A stretch of 64,000 nucleotides of DNA, from contig JAQGDQ010000239.1 in assembly GCA_030141605.1 (NCBI GenBank), forward strand, positions 186,001 through 250,000, written 5' to 3'. This document shows, one piece after another, positions 13,758 to 27,100 of this stretch; position 1 is the first letter of the stretch, and every line of letters begins with the position of its first letter. The position numbers and the translations under genes are program-made. The stretch is from Tubiluchus corallicola. Taxonomy: Eukaryota > Animalia > Priapulida. The notes under the pieces are model-generated. The model saw only the letters and a program-made list of their open reading frames with translations, was not told the DNA's origin and ran no database searches.

Positions 13758-15717
13758 AGTGGTAAATGTAGTTCATACGCTTTCGATGTTTTGTGCTATT
13801 AGCAAAATATTATTCATTATAAGGCACCTAAGTAGTTGACGTATTCTCAAACGGTATTGACTTAAATATCATTTTTTCGCACGTATCTCCAAGCAGCTTC
13901 ATTTTCCATGCAGTTTAGTCACATTAACCCTATACTTATCCAGGCCAAACAACAATGCATTATCAGCATTACTTAAACGCAATTATTTTATATAATATGG
14001 AGGACGCATGTCAATAACCTCAAACAGAATAGACCAATACGGGATTAATTACTTTTGGCAGCTGCTTATTAATGTATGCCGTATGTGAGGATTTGCCGAC
14101 AATGGCTTCTCTTTCCTGCAGGGGCGTTAATAATAGTTCAGCAGGGATTTTTGACCTACTGCGAGTGATAAACATCGACCAGGGTACTTAATACCTCTCA
14201 ATGAATTTATATTTCGTAGTCCTTTGGATTAAAAATGAAGCTAAAACGATGTTATTCAACGATATCATTACATATTAAACTTCCGTTATTCAATAGACTT
14301 CCACCTGCGTTAATTTTTCAACAGTTTTTTTCTCGTTGATACTGGAAAGATGTCACTTGCATGTTTAGAGGCGCATGGCGTAGCATGTAGCGAAACCTAG
14401 GTCTACTAATGCTGGTCGTTAGAAGCTAAATTGTTGTCAAAGAATAATCTTTCTCACACTTGAGACGAGACACTGAATGGACAAAAGATTTATATAAACT
14501 CGTCCTCGTCGAGAGAAATAGCGAATCCAACAAGGCAGATAAAATTGTTCAGCAACACCAACCCATTCGTTAAACGGATCGTTTGTATTCAGGCATGTCC
14601 AGCTTGTTGGTATTCTTTTTTTTCTTGAGAATTGTGAAGCTTTGTGGTAATGCTAGAACTTGTGAATTTTTGTCCTGTGACATCATGATAGCAATTCTGC
14701 ATAAACACTGTCTTTGCGCTCATAATAGCAATTACCAAAATTTAACACCAAATTTGGTAAGCGTGGTTACGCCTAATACCAGAAGGGCTTAATACATAAA
14801 AGTGCTTGAATGGAGTGGCAGGCGTTTTACCACATAATAATCGCATAGAGGCTATTTATCACAGCCAGTCATTATCATCAAAGGTTTGGCCTACATTCCT
14901 ATTGATTGGGGGTTTATGGCCTTGCCGTTGATTGATTGAACCGTGTCATGCACAAACGATTGTAATCAGGTCAAATGAGGAAAATGCACATTAGCGGGAA
15001 CTGCCCACATATACTAAAGTAATAGCAATAAATCTACATTTGTTACCATTTTGTAACTCCTGGCCTTTAGCAGTTATAGTTTTTTTTTAAATAAGTTCGC
15101 GATGTTGTACAATCTTTGATGCCATAATGGCATATTTTCAACAATGAAACTAACAAACAACAATTATTACTGATCAGTTTAAAACATAAAATTTCAAGAT
15201 ATAAAATCTTGACGTTCAACATACTGTTCTCAAATTCTCCCCAGTAAGAAGACATTGCTAACAGATAGTTTTAGAAAACCTCATGAAGCCTACTTGATAC
15301 AGGATATCAAATAGACAATACAGATAAATTACAACAGGCCACAGATTAGCATCTTACATCTCACGCATAGGCGCGTCTTTCGGCAGCAAAAATTATTAGG
15401 TTAATGATGATGAAGCCAGTATTTACGTCATAACCGGAACGGGGTCATTGGGAGGAAGCCATGGCACGGATGGAATCGATACCAGGGGAAGGACGTTTAC
15501 CCCAATCACACGATTTCCAAGTGCAATGCAACCAAATATTACAAATATGCATAGAGAGCATCACCCTCATTCTATGTACCGAAACGCAGCCCCTAAACAC
15601 TAATGAGATTGGTGTACAGCAGCTACAGATTTAAAAATTTTAAAATTTAAAATTTAAAATAGTTGAATAATACATAGACTTACTGTTGTTTATGAACAAA
15701 TTGAATTCTACTTCTAG

Positions 15718-15741
15718 ACTCTCTCTCTCTCCCTCCTCCCT

Positions 15742-15797
<56 letters not shown>

Positions 15798-15808
15798 ATC
15801 TCTCTCTC
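15718..15808. repeat. (CT)n microsatellite
   Basis: Direct reading; source of the spurious ERER ORF. Confidence 0.97.
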
Positions 15809-18800
15809 GTTATTTGTCTTTCTCCCTCCTTTCTCCGCATCTCTATTTGCTTTATTTGAATTTTCTCCTTCCTGAGCTTCCTTTCTCTTTCTCTTCTCCA
15901 TCTCAGTTTGAAAATTTAGTTTTAGAAAAATGTTTTGCACTCGATCATTTTAGTCACCATAATCCGCAGAAAAAATATGTAATCATTAACTTATGATACC
16001 ATAAACTCTTTGCAGTTCATGTCGCGGACGGGGAAATTTGCTGCATCATCATATTTTCCATCTGAAGCCTAATCGTCTAAGTTATTGAACACCTTTTCAA
16101 TTTGCCTGCAGAGTTTAATATTGCACCAACCTAGAGAAACGAGAAGTTCGAGCTTGCAACCTTCAACACTCGCCAAGGACAGCATAAATAGATTTTGTCC
16201 TTGTGGATTTCAACGTTTTCCGTCGGAGACAAATTACCGAACGTTTATTTGAAAAGTCAAACGGAAGAACAGTAACTCGATTCTGTCAGCGATATAATCG
16301 ACGACCAAATTAACACGACCATTTACTTGGCTTCACCTTTACACCTGCTTACAGGAAAATGGGCGAAAACTTTAATGTATAATGTACATAAAATTGTTGA
16401 CCACAAAAGTAATTTTCTCACGTACACTGTTCATCGTTTGCATAGCAAACTGACCATTGAATTTTTTTTTGTTCCATCTCAGGTTTGTTAAAAGCAAATT
16501 TATTTTGTAGTTTTAGTTCTTCTTGAAACGTTGATGGACATTTCAACTCTTGACACCTCAAAATAGGTCGCCCACAGACTCAGTCTAAAAATCGAACCAT
16601 TCAATCTGTGTATTATTTGTATTAGTAAGGTGTCCAATAACTTAGAAGGTTGATTAGACTTAGTCATCAAAATTCATGGAAAAAGGAATGCTAATTCTGC
16701 GCAGTTAATTACTAAGAAATTGTGAAGTCAAACTGACAGTGTTTCTTTAACTTACTATTATATTCACACCTATAAACGACTGAATATTATTATATATAGC
16801 CTAAGTTAGATAAACATTTTTATATTCTTATGATATGCACTGCTAGAAAAATAGTTAAAAACTATCTGAAATTGATGAAAACCTAGTTCTTAGAATAAAA
16901 GAGACGTTGCTTTAGTCTTTCAGAACACGTTGAACTATTATAGTATTGATCCTGCTCTCGTCCTTGCTTCTGTACTCAGACACACAAGCTGTGTCCTTGG
17001 CGGATGCAGCAGCGAGCAAGATTCAGAAAAAAATATTTCAATCGATCCTTGCCGTCGCCGGATTAAAACAGGTTGTTATTCACTCGGTCACTGAGACTTT
17101 CAGCACGGCTAGGTCACTGTGTCTTCTTGACAAGTTCAGAACAGGAATCCAGCATGTTATACAAACGACGTCACATGCAGAGGCCGCGGCTTCACAGTTT
17201 GTTTAACTGTACGAAAATATATCAGCTGCTCTGTTCAGCAAAATGCTCGATGGAATGGGTGCTGAGAGAAAAAGTCTAATCGCTCTAATTTGCGCCTAGT
17301 GTTAATTTTGGGTTAACGTTAATTTAATATTGTTGGACTAAAGTAATTGTTGTGTTAAAAACTATTTGTTTTTTGTTGGATGATGGGTTTGAGGGATCGT
17401 TGCATGGCTCTATGGGTACTTCAAAAGAAAAGACTAGGTACAACCAAATGGGGTTTTCACTGACTGAGCAAACAATGGGTTAAGAAGATAGAGTATTAAG
17501 GAACGGTCGGTTATGAAAATAAAAAAAATAACGAAAGGATCAATGGAGTGAAGAATTCTACTGAAACACATCTGAGCAAAAACAGTAATGAATCGATGCA
17601 TATATATACAAACCCAGGAACTGTCTGCTAGTCGGGGATGTATAAGCAACCAAAGACATATCAGAGAGAAGGGACACCCAGACCAGACGGATGATACTGG
17701 TTTATTTCAGACATTACTTACTTCGCTCATACTCTCTAATTAAGAGCGTTTATGTTTGCTAAAAAATAACAGTTTTTGTAACAAACAGTAAGCTGCCGAT
17801 TAATGCACATCTGCTTTTCTTGAGTACATTGAATTCTGATGTCCATGCAGGCTGATTCATTGTCACTTAGTGTTATCCATTTGTAAATTTAATGTGGTAC
17901 TGGTGATCACTTATAAAGATATCAGTTATCAGTTAAAGCTGAATAACCTGTAACATCCTAGTTCAGTAACCTCTATCAAGCTTGCCATTTAAGTTAAATG
18001 ACATCGTACGATAAAGATGCAGAGGTTGTTGATCTATTACAGTTACGAAAATACATTTCTTTTGTACTGCATGCCTTTTTTAAAATCACCTCAAAGAAGG
18101 CAGCATTGGTAAGACTGGACAGCAAGAAAAAGAAGATACAAAGAAACTGATATTAACTAGAGTAAATGGTAATTTTTTTGTCTCGATAGTCGAAAATCAA
18201 GATTATTGGTTTTGTCGAGAGCATTGAGAAGTGTCTATGTGCTAACCAAGTAGCAACAACGTTCTGAAAGAGATTTCATCGTAGCAGCAGCTGTGGGAAA
18301 ATACAAGTAATACATGAACACACATGAAGTATTTACATGGATCTAGGTTGAATAATTCAACTTTTGCAAAAACGACTACAGTACTTTTTTTAGTTTTTTA
18401 AGTTTTTGCAAAGAATTGTCTTTTTTACAAACTGTCATCAGTATTTAAGCATGTGTGCTCCACGTCGTCACAGGGATAACATTCCAGGATTCTGACCTCT
18501 AAGGGATGACTGGCCTCACTGACGCAGTCACCCAGTACCTAATATGTACGTAACACATGATCCAGTTTCATGTTCATTGACCTCCAGAGAAATCTGGACC
18601 TCCGCCCGCTATGCGCGGTTAGTGAAACATTTACTGCACATTTCCAAGCTGTTTCTTATCCTTGTAGAGGTCAACATAACATTAAGAAAGTTTTAACTGA
18701 ATTCACTATTTGAAATTAGCAAATCACTTTTAGTTTATCATTGCGCTATTTGTATCTAATCACTTGGTGCAATATAATTTAGTTTATTTATGTTTTCGAA

Positions 18801-21800
18801 TTTTGCATTAAAGGATTTTAGGAAGAATAGCAGCCTACGGAGCAGCTTGAACACATTCAGTACTCCCAAAATGACTTTAACTTAAAATATCAAGAAGACT
18901 AAACCCAAGAACGTTGTCTTACATGTTTTTTGTCAAGGTTTAGTGTAAACTGATAGTAAAAACAAGCAATATGCTAACAAAGAGCTGTATATGATATGAC
19001 ATGACCTGAGTTTATTGACAATCAGCCCAAAATCAAGGACGCTAACCAAACCTAAGTGCAAAATAAACAGATTAATCTTGAATAAAATAATAACAGCCCG
19101 AAAGCCTATCAAGAAAAAACATTTCGATAAAAGTTTATTGAGTTCTACACCAAAGTAAAATATTTACTGATACTTGAGTCACTGGTGTTAAGCGTTGGGA
19201 GTAGCTGACTGGAATTTTGCAGTCATCGACCGGCAGTCGTTTATTCGTCTCTTCAAGTAACACATAGAGAAAAAAACAAAATCAGTACTAATATTGAATT
19301 GTTGCTATACATATAGCCAGGCGTATTAATATTTACTGCAACATAACAAATACATTTAGAAAAACAGACCATAGAACACAATGATAAAGGGAAGGTATAT
19401 ATAACATTTTTTCTTGAGATGCGTTGTCATCACACTCCACGCTGCCTTAATACGGTCAAAGGATCAAGTTTTTGTCTAATATGTGACCACATATGTTTAT
19501 ATGAAATATGTACTACATGTACATGCATAGTTCTGGTGGAATTAATTAATCAAAGAAAAAAATTCGTAATTATAGTTTCCCGTAGTAGTTCGATTATATG
19601 AGGTTTCAATTAGTAAAACAATCGTTTAAAAGGAGCGGAAAACTCACCAAGAGCAGAATTTGTTTTTATTCTTGTCAATTTTTTAATGCTGTTAGGTCCT
19701 TTTAGTTGCCAATGATCTGTATAGTAGGCTGTCGGCTCTGTCATGATTCTGATTACAGTTGGCAAAAAGCTCCTGCAAAATAAGAAGCTAAATTGAAATT
19801 TGTGTAGATGTAGCTGCATTTGTTGCCTTTTTCAGTAGGCCGAAAGTCTCTCATTTCACAATCACAATCCCTCAACAATGATTATCATAAATATTAATAA
19901 TTATTAATGACTATATATTATTAATATTTCTGTTTGAAATTTTATTAACCGATTACTCGACATACTGGCAGCCATGAAAATATAAATCACTTTATGCTCA
20001 TTTGATACTCGGTTTCTTGGCATTGGCCTTTTAACTGGTCTAAGAAGACTTTGAGACCAAGAAAACCATCAATACGCCAAAAGATATCAACAATAAATTC
20101 TGCCTCCCATGTATCCACGGCCAAGAGTACGTTCTTTTCAATAGAAAGTTAGTCCTCGATTTGTAATTGAGTAGGAATACAAGCAGCCCGACAAGTCATC
20201 TCTGTTTCTGTAACGATAATATGGGATTAGATAGGCAACAAACTCTGTTACGGAGAAAAAGTTTAATATTAACAAAGATTAACGATCGATAATCAACAAA
20301 AAGTGTCGAAATAGTCAGAAAGCGCCAAAATTTTAAAAATTGTGAGATGTGGGCCCGAAATAAGTTGTAATCCTGTATATCTCGTCGTTTGTAATATCTT
20401 TGTTTGGATAATCCTAGCTGTGTGAATCCAAAAACAAGTATCATCAGAACAGCAAAGCTCAAATGGATGGGTCCTCGACAAACTTAATCAGCAGACAGAG
20501 TCAACGGATAGACTGACTTTTTTGGGCAATGTCTCAGAAAAGAAAAAATATTCAGACAGCATTTTGACACATGTTAAAATGTGCGTTATTATTGTAAAAA
20601 GGACCACCGCCAAGGGACGGTTGATATTATATTATATAAATACTGATCATATGCATGAACATGCGTAAAAATTCCTTTTACAAATAACCGCCGTAAAAAT
20701 AGGTCAGCAGTAACATGGATGAAATTCTGAATGGTTCCACACAAAACAGTAATGTATGACACAGCCGCCATGCAGTGAGGGGGCACCAGATATAAACACT
20801 CAGCATTAGAAAGTTCCATTGCATCAGTCAATTTCGTAGACGATCATTAAACGCAATAAAACATAGATTACTGATCATTACTGAGTTAGGCATTTTCATC
20901 GAGATAAAAAATCTCGTTATAGTAGTGATCATTTATAACAAATGACAATTTATGCATTATGCATATGCATGCGTAAGTTATATAATTGTGATAAACTGGC
21001 AGATGACGTCGACCTATTGAATAGGTGAGAAGGCCAGTTAGCTGTTTTGAGTGTTTTCTGGGTGTTTCAGGTCTTTGTAAACTGAGACGTGTGAGCCGAA
21101 TATTCGCTTACAGACTACAAAATGTTCATAGAAAACAAAATTCATTTACATTTACTCACTACTTTTGATGAAAGAAAATTGCACGCTTTTGCAAAAACCG
21201 GCAAAGCTATCTAGCTTACATCGTTAACGAATGATTACAGAGCTTCAGATTCTAACCAGAGGACCTCTGCAACTAAACCCCCAGCATATCCTTACCGTTT
21301 ATGCTGCCAGAAAGTATTTTTCCTCCAGTAGCTTGAGTTTATTTACAGATGTAGCATTCCAGAATCCAGAAGTTCAATGCCCTTGAACCGGCAGCAGACT
21401 TAGTAGACTCTCACCCGCATGCTGACACACATAATATTTTCTGACCTAATTTAACCAACAACACGCAGTCGGCTATTGGTTGATGGGAAGCCCATGAGCG
21501 CAACTGAGCAGAGTGCTGCCCGGCGGAAGTCATGCCGGAAATAGATAGCAGACGCAGAACGAAAAAATTTTTCTTTGAAAAATCTACCACAATGTTAGAC
21601 ATTGTAGATAATTCTAACTGAAGGCACTTTAGAGTGCCTTTTCACATTCCTGTTTAATTGATGGTGATTTGTGGTTTGAAGTGTATCGGCATAATGATAT
21701 AGTAAAGTGTTTGCACTCACACGTCATCTAAAAAATTGACATCAGATATCATCTAAAAAAAGAATTACTAAACTAATAGCAAACGCGTACGTACTTTTGA

Positions 21801-22045
21801 CATCACCTCAAAATTATCCGCAAACATGAAGTTTAGGTTAATTTTAGACAATGAAATGTGATAGGCTAGGCCTAAATTAACAAACCTAACAACTATTATA
21901 TTATAATCAACAGGCCTTAGAAGGAAGGCGCTGAAAAGTCGTGAGTCAACCATGATTCCAAGCCTTCTTCCTTTAGTATGTTAAATTAACCATTAGCTTA
22001 ATTGTTGATTATATAAACCATTAAGTTTACTTCTCTGATTTATCA

Positions 22046-22095
22046 TAGTTCATCATCTAAAAATCAATTATAGTTCATCATCTAAAAATCAATTA
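22046..22095. repeat. 25-bp tandem duplication
   Basis: TAGTTCATCATCTAAAAATCAATTA x2. Confidence 0.9.
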
Positions 22096-24056
22096 TTAAT
22101 CAATTTTGTTACAAAGTTTAGTTCGCTTCTTACTATTCTTTTGATTGCCAAGCATTGCATTCAAAGCAGCATGCTGGCCGTCGATCAGACACCTTACTCC
22201 AAATTAGGGTTTACGATATGCAGTATTGTGTTTAGTGTTCCAGTAACTTTAAGCGTATAATTATAGTTAAATCACTAAAGCAAAAATCTTTACTTTCTTC
22301 TCAACGAATGCACGTACCAGCTTTGCACAGACAAAGTTTGCAGTTAGTGTCTAGCCATCCACTAAAATTATTGTTCAATTAATACAGAAGCAAATATACA
22401 TTCAAACATCAACATGAAAATGAGTGATTAGTTTTTTGAAATGTTTGTATGTAATAGCTACCTTTACTATTACTAATGACATGTACTATTAATCTAATCA
22501 TTGGTTTTAAGACACCAAGTATTATAATACTACTCTTTTTTGCATAGATGGCGCCACGTAGTCTACAACACTGGAATCTTCATTGGTGAATTTAAATTTC
22601 TGAGATAATTTCTTGACATCGTACAATAAATAATAGCTGGAAAATAAACCACGTGAATTTATTTAGCTTTTTTGAACAGCAGTATTGTCAATTAGACAAA
22701 TCTCTCTTATAATACTAGTTTTGTGATTATAGAAAATTAATAGGAAATTTGCATCAATTTTAATTTGAATTGAACTTTTCACAGTACTAAATTTATGGGG
22801 CTTTGTCTCCAGTTAGGCACACATTAAAAGCTTTTATTTAATCAGATCGCAAAATTTGTTGCTCTTTTCTCTACTTTCTGGTAGGTAGTTTCACTCTCCC
22901 TTTTTTGAAATAATTAAATTAAATAAAGTAAATATTAATATTTCGATACATTTTATTAATGCAATAAAAATTATTAACAGTAAGTTCGGGTATTACGTCC
23001 TTATTATTTATTATTCATTTACAACAAAAATAAAACTCTACTATAATGATATAATAGTTTTAAGTACATTTGCAAAATAACAGCAACTTAAAGCAAATTG
23101 GCATTCATTGCAAGCTAGAATGATAGAATCACACAAAAATTAGGCAAAGTTCATCTCAATGTTTATTGGTATCAATTTTTATGTATCCAAGCATGTGGTA
23201 CTAACATCAATGTGTTCCATACGGTTACACCTCATTTAATGTATTTCAAATATTACACAATTCAATAGATTTAGATTAACATGTTTACAATTAAATAAAA
23301 ACAGTAAATAGAGTACTTAAAAACTTACACTCTGACAGCAAGTACCTTGATTAATTTGAATTTGTAGATATGTTAATATTTTTTCCTTACTCCACGCATT
23401 TTACCAATACATCAACAACTAACCAGCAACTAACCATACTTTTTCTGCTTATAGACTCTTATTTTACATTTTTTATAATGTATTTTAACATAGCAACAAG
23501 CCAACAAGTTGAAAAACAAATTATATGTACATGTATTGGTAGTTCTAGATTTTCCATGCTTCCTTAATTGCAATGATTTTTTTAGCTTGTGACAAAATCT
23601 ATTTACTTTTCACAAAATCCATTATGAAGATAAAGTCACCGGATGGTACAATTTCAACCCTAAAAACTTGTAAACTCGGAATTAGTTAGCGAGAAAAAAT
23701 ATTTGCCTGCTGAAACTGAAAAATGAATTACATCTTGGCAACAAAAACAGAAATACAAATAGCAGAAATCAACAGCAATAAGCACAATATTAAGCAAAAT
23801 TTATAGTATATAACATTACTTGTATGTACAAGGAAAAACTTATTCTCAGCTATTATAAGCTTACACAATTTGTGATCAAGATATTGTCTTATCTTGAAAA
23901 CAATAGAAGATTAAAAAACATCTCATCCAAAAGCTTCCAACATCTTTACCATAAACAATTCTATAAAGTTTGTTATCCAATGAAATTGATAACACAGATC
24001 CAATGCAAGCAAAATTAAGGTGACAGTGACGGCAAAATCAAAGTAAAAGGAGAAGC

Positions 24057-24142
24057 TCACTGTGACTGTGCCGGCATGTCTGGTACAGTGGTTGGCACAC
24101 TTGTACTGCCTTGTGTTAGATATCCAGCAACACCTGGGGCAC
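24057..24142 (-). CDS. DNAJC13: DNAJC13 terminal coding exon
   Basis: tttcag acceptor, phase 1, reads (G)[27 protein letters not shown], matching the conserved GVAGYLT C-terminus. Confidence 0.9.
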
Positions 24143-27100
24143 CTGAAATAAATGATGCTAGCTTTCGATATATATGCATTAAAATTAAAGCCCAATGCAA
24201 TGCAGTAACTGCAAAATTTCACCAAACATAATAATTCGTTTAGCCTAAAAAATAGACAACCCAAAATGCCAACGACATTACTGGTTTTATCATTTAATTA
24301 CAATAATTGAAATATCAATAACTGTATGATAATGATGTAGAGCTCATGAGCTATACATGTTTATATAATAAGTCAAAAGTGAATAATTCACAATAACGTA
24401 TTTGGTTCTTTTTTATTGGCTGTAGTACATTACAGAAGTTCTATGTATAAACATCACATAGCATCAGCAGTAGTTCCATTTTTTGCAAAACGATATCACC
24501 GCCCCACATGTTGAATTAGCTTTTAAACAGTATGTTTTGTAAATAATGAATTTCAAGTCGATAATTTGAAATGAAATTGCGAATTTCTTAGAAGTATATT
24601 TAACGCATTTGATCGTCAGCATGGTACAGTTGTACTCTGAGATGTTTTTGTCTACACTTTTTCTTTTTTTGCTACTTTGACTAATCAGCTTAGATAGTTA
24701 ATTCTTCAAACAATAGCTTTTATATATTACAACGATCAATATTCTTGTTCAAATTTGAAGACTTTTAAGAAAAGATGCTGTGTAGTGCAATTTTAGGAAA
24801 CGTCCTAAAAAATTTTAAGTGTTTTTTAAACTTTACAAAGATCAGATGGCAACTACAAATAATTTACAAATACTAAAACGTACATTTTTGGCTCAAAACA
24901 ACTTCATGCCAAAGAAAGGGCATGTAGCACCTTTTTATGTGTTATTTTAATTTAGTCAGATGACTGCCAACTAGCAATGTGCTTTATATCTAAAATACTT
25001 AAAGCTGATACTGACTGGAAGAGAGACCTTCAAGTTTCAAATCAGTAACCAGTAAGTATCTTGATTAAAATGTTTGACTCAAAGTCTGAAAGCCACACAC
25101 CTTTTAGGTCGAAATTTGGCTTAGAAATGAATAAGCATGCAAAACTGGAAGCTAAAAATTCTTTGCATCAAGCTGACCTGAATCCTCCCACCCACTGTAG
25201 CTGTACAGTTATTGACATTTCTCTCTGTTTGCCACTGTTCTGAATATACCTTTAAGATGACTTTTGACTCAAAGTTACCCATAACAAAAAATTCACAATT
25301 ATGAAACCTAATTGTCTGAATCAGGAGACCAGCCCTAAAGGCTATCTGTTAGTGGAGCAGGTCAGAAGACCTAACCAAAATGTTTAAAGCAAAACCGGAC
25401 CAAATCTTAAACTGTAGGTCAAAACAATCTACTCTTTAAAATATTGAAAGGAAACATACTATTTTTTCAAAAAATGACTTACGTGAAAGAACTATTACCA
25501 CACAAACACAATTTTTCACGTTCGCGCCACTAGTTTTTTGCTGTTACATGCATTTTGCCATTCGCTAGTTAGACGGCCACTAGTGCCTGCATTTTGCCGT
25601 ATTAGTTGCATTAAAATGTATACTTTTTATCAGACTTGAAAATGGGGTAGTACATGAAAAATCATCCTGTCTTCCTTTAAGTCCACATCAGAGGCCAACG
25701 GGGTGTAACCCGGGGTGTAAGTCTAGGGACCGGATAATGGGACTTAACCAGACTGTTTATGTCAGTAGAAGACATCAGGGAATTTTACTAGACTGTCAGG
25801 GAACCAGATCAGACGGCCTAAAACAAAAATGTACAGAAAGAAAAAATACCAGTCAGATATCCAGCCACACTTGTATCAGTAATAAAAAGATCATGCTTTT
25901 GCTCTTTATATTGTGACCATACTGATGATCTCTCCAATATGGCATTTATCTATAAATATAATGGCAAATATATGCAAATTATCTGAAAACAGTAAACTTA
26001 AGCAACTACTTTGAGCACTATAATAAACTTCCTAAAAGTACCAATTTATATTTATTTTTGATACCACTAGTACCACAATAATTAACTGTTGTCATCATAA
26101 ATACTTCCTTTTTTATCGTGCTACAGTTATCTCTTCTAGTAGCCTCTTTAATGCCAGTTCATCCACTCACCTGTTCACCAAACAACAAGCTTTTAGCCAT
26201 AGCTTTCAACGCTTTCACAATTTGTGCCTTAGTGGCTGCAGGGTTCTCAACTTCTGGCAAACCACCATCTAACAAACCCAACAGATATTGGACCAATTCA
26301 ACTTTCAGCGCCTAAACATAAAGTAAGTTTTAGATAAAATATAGAAAATAACTAATTTTCTAAACCAATATAGAGTGGTTTTAACCAAAAGGTTACAGCA
26401 ATTCCATTTGCCATTACACATTACTAAATAATTGTTGTATGCCCATGAACATTTACAGCACCAAATTTAATACTTTGTCACAAAATAAGTATCCAAAATT
26501 ACAAAGGTAATTCAGTAAATAATTTCACTGAAGTGTGTCAGGAAATTAATTGAAACTAGTTAGACCTTAAGAAGAAAAACTGTCATAATGTCACTTGTGC
26601 GTACAACTATCCTGTACATTCTAGGCAAAAGGGATGTATTATATTTACTTGAAAAAAATTACAATAAGTACTCCAGTTTTATTATAATTATATTGATATG
26701 GATCACAGATCATTCAGGGTAATCACAGCGAATTTTCACTTCAGCCATGCTGCAGTATTTTTACTTACTAGGACAATGCTTCTACTGTCAATCATATTTT
26801 GCAAAAAATGCTAATTGACCATAGCCATTGAAAAACAGAAGTACCTGTTGAACCAACTCTTCTTGCTCTTTTTGGAAGAGTTTGTTTACTGTTTCGCATG
26901 CATAGCCAATCATGTCTCGCCTGAGCTTCATTGAAATTTTTAATGGTCCTATGCACTCTATCTGTGCCATGGATTGTATACAAGCCTAGAATTCATTACA
27001 ATTCTTTAAAAGAAACTAACAGGACGGTAAATCAATATCAAAAAATTAAAGTAAATGCCAAAAGAATGCGAGACAGCTTAATTTTTGATTATTTCAACAT

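Noticed and set aside
25764-25817. Alternative DNAJC13 last exon after a 32-nt intron
   Set aside because: Its translation ([18 protein letters not shown]) is not homologous; the conserved terminal exon is at 24057-24142.
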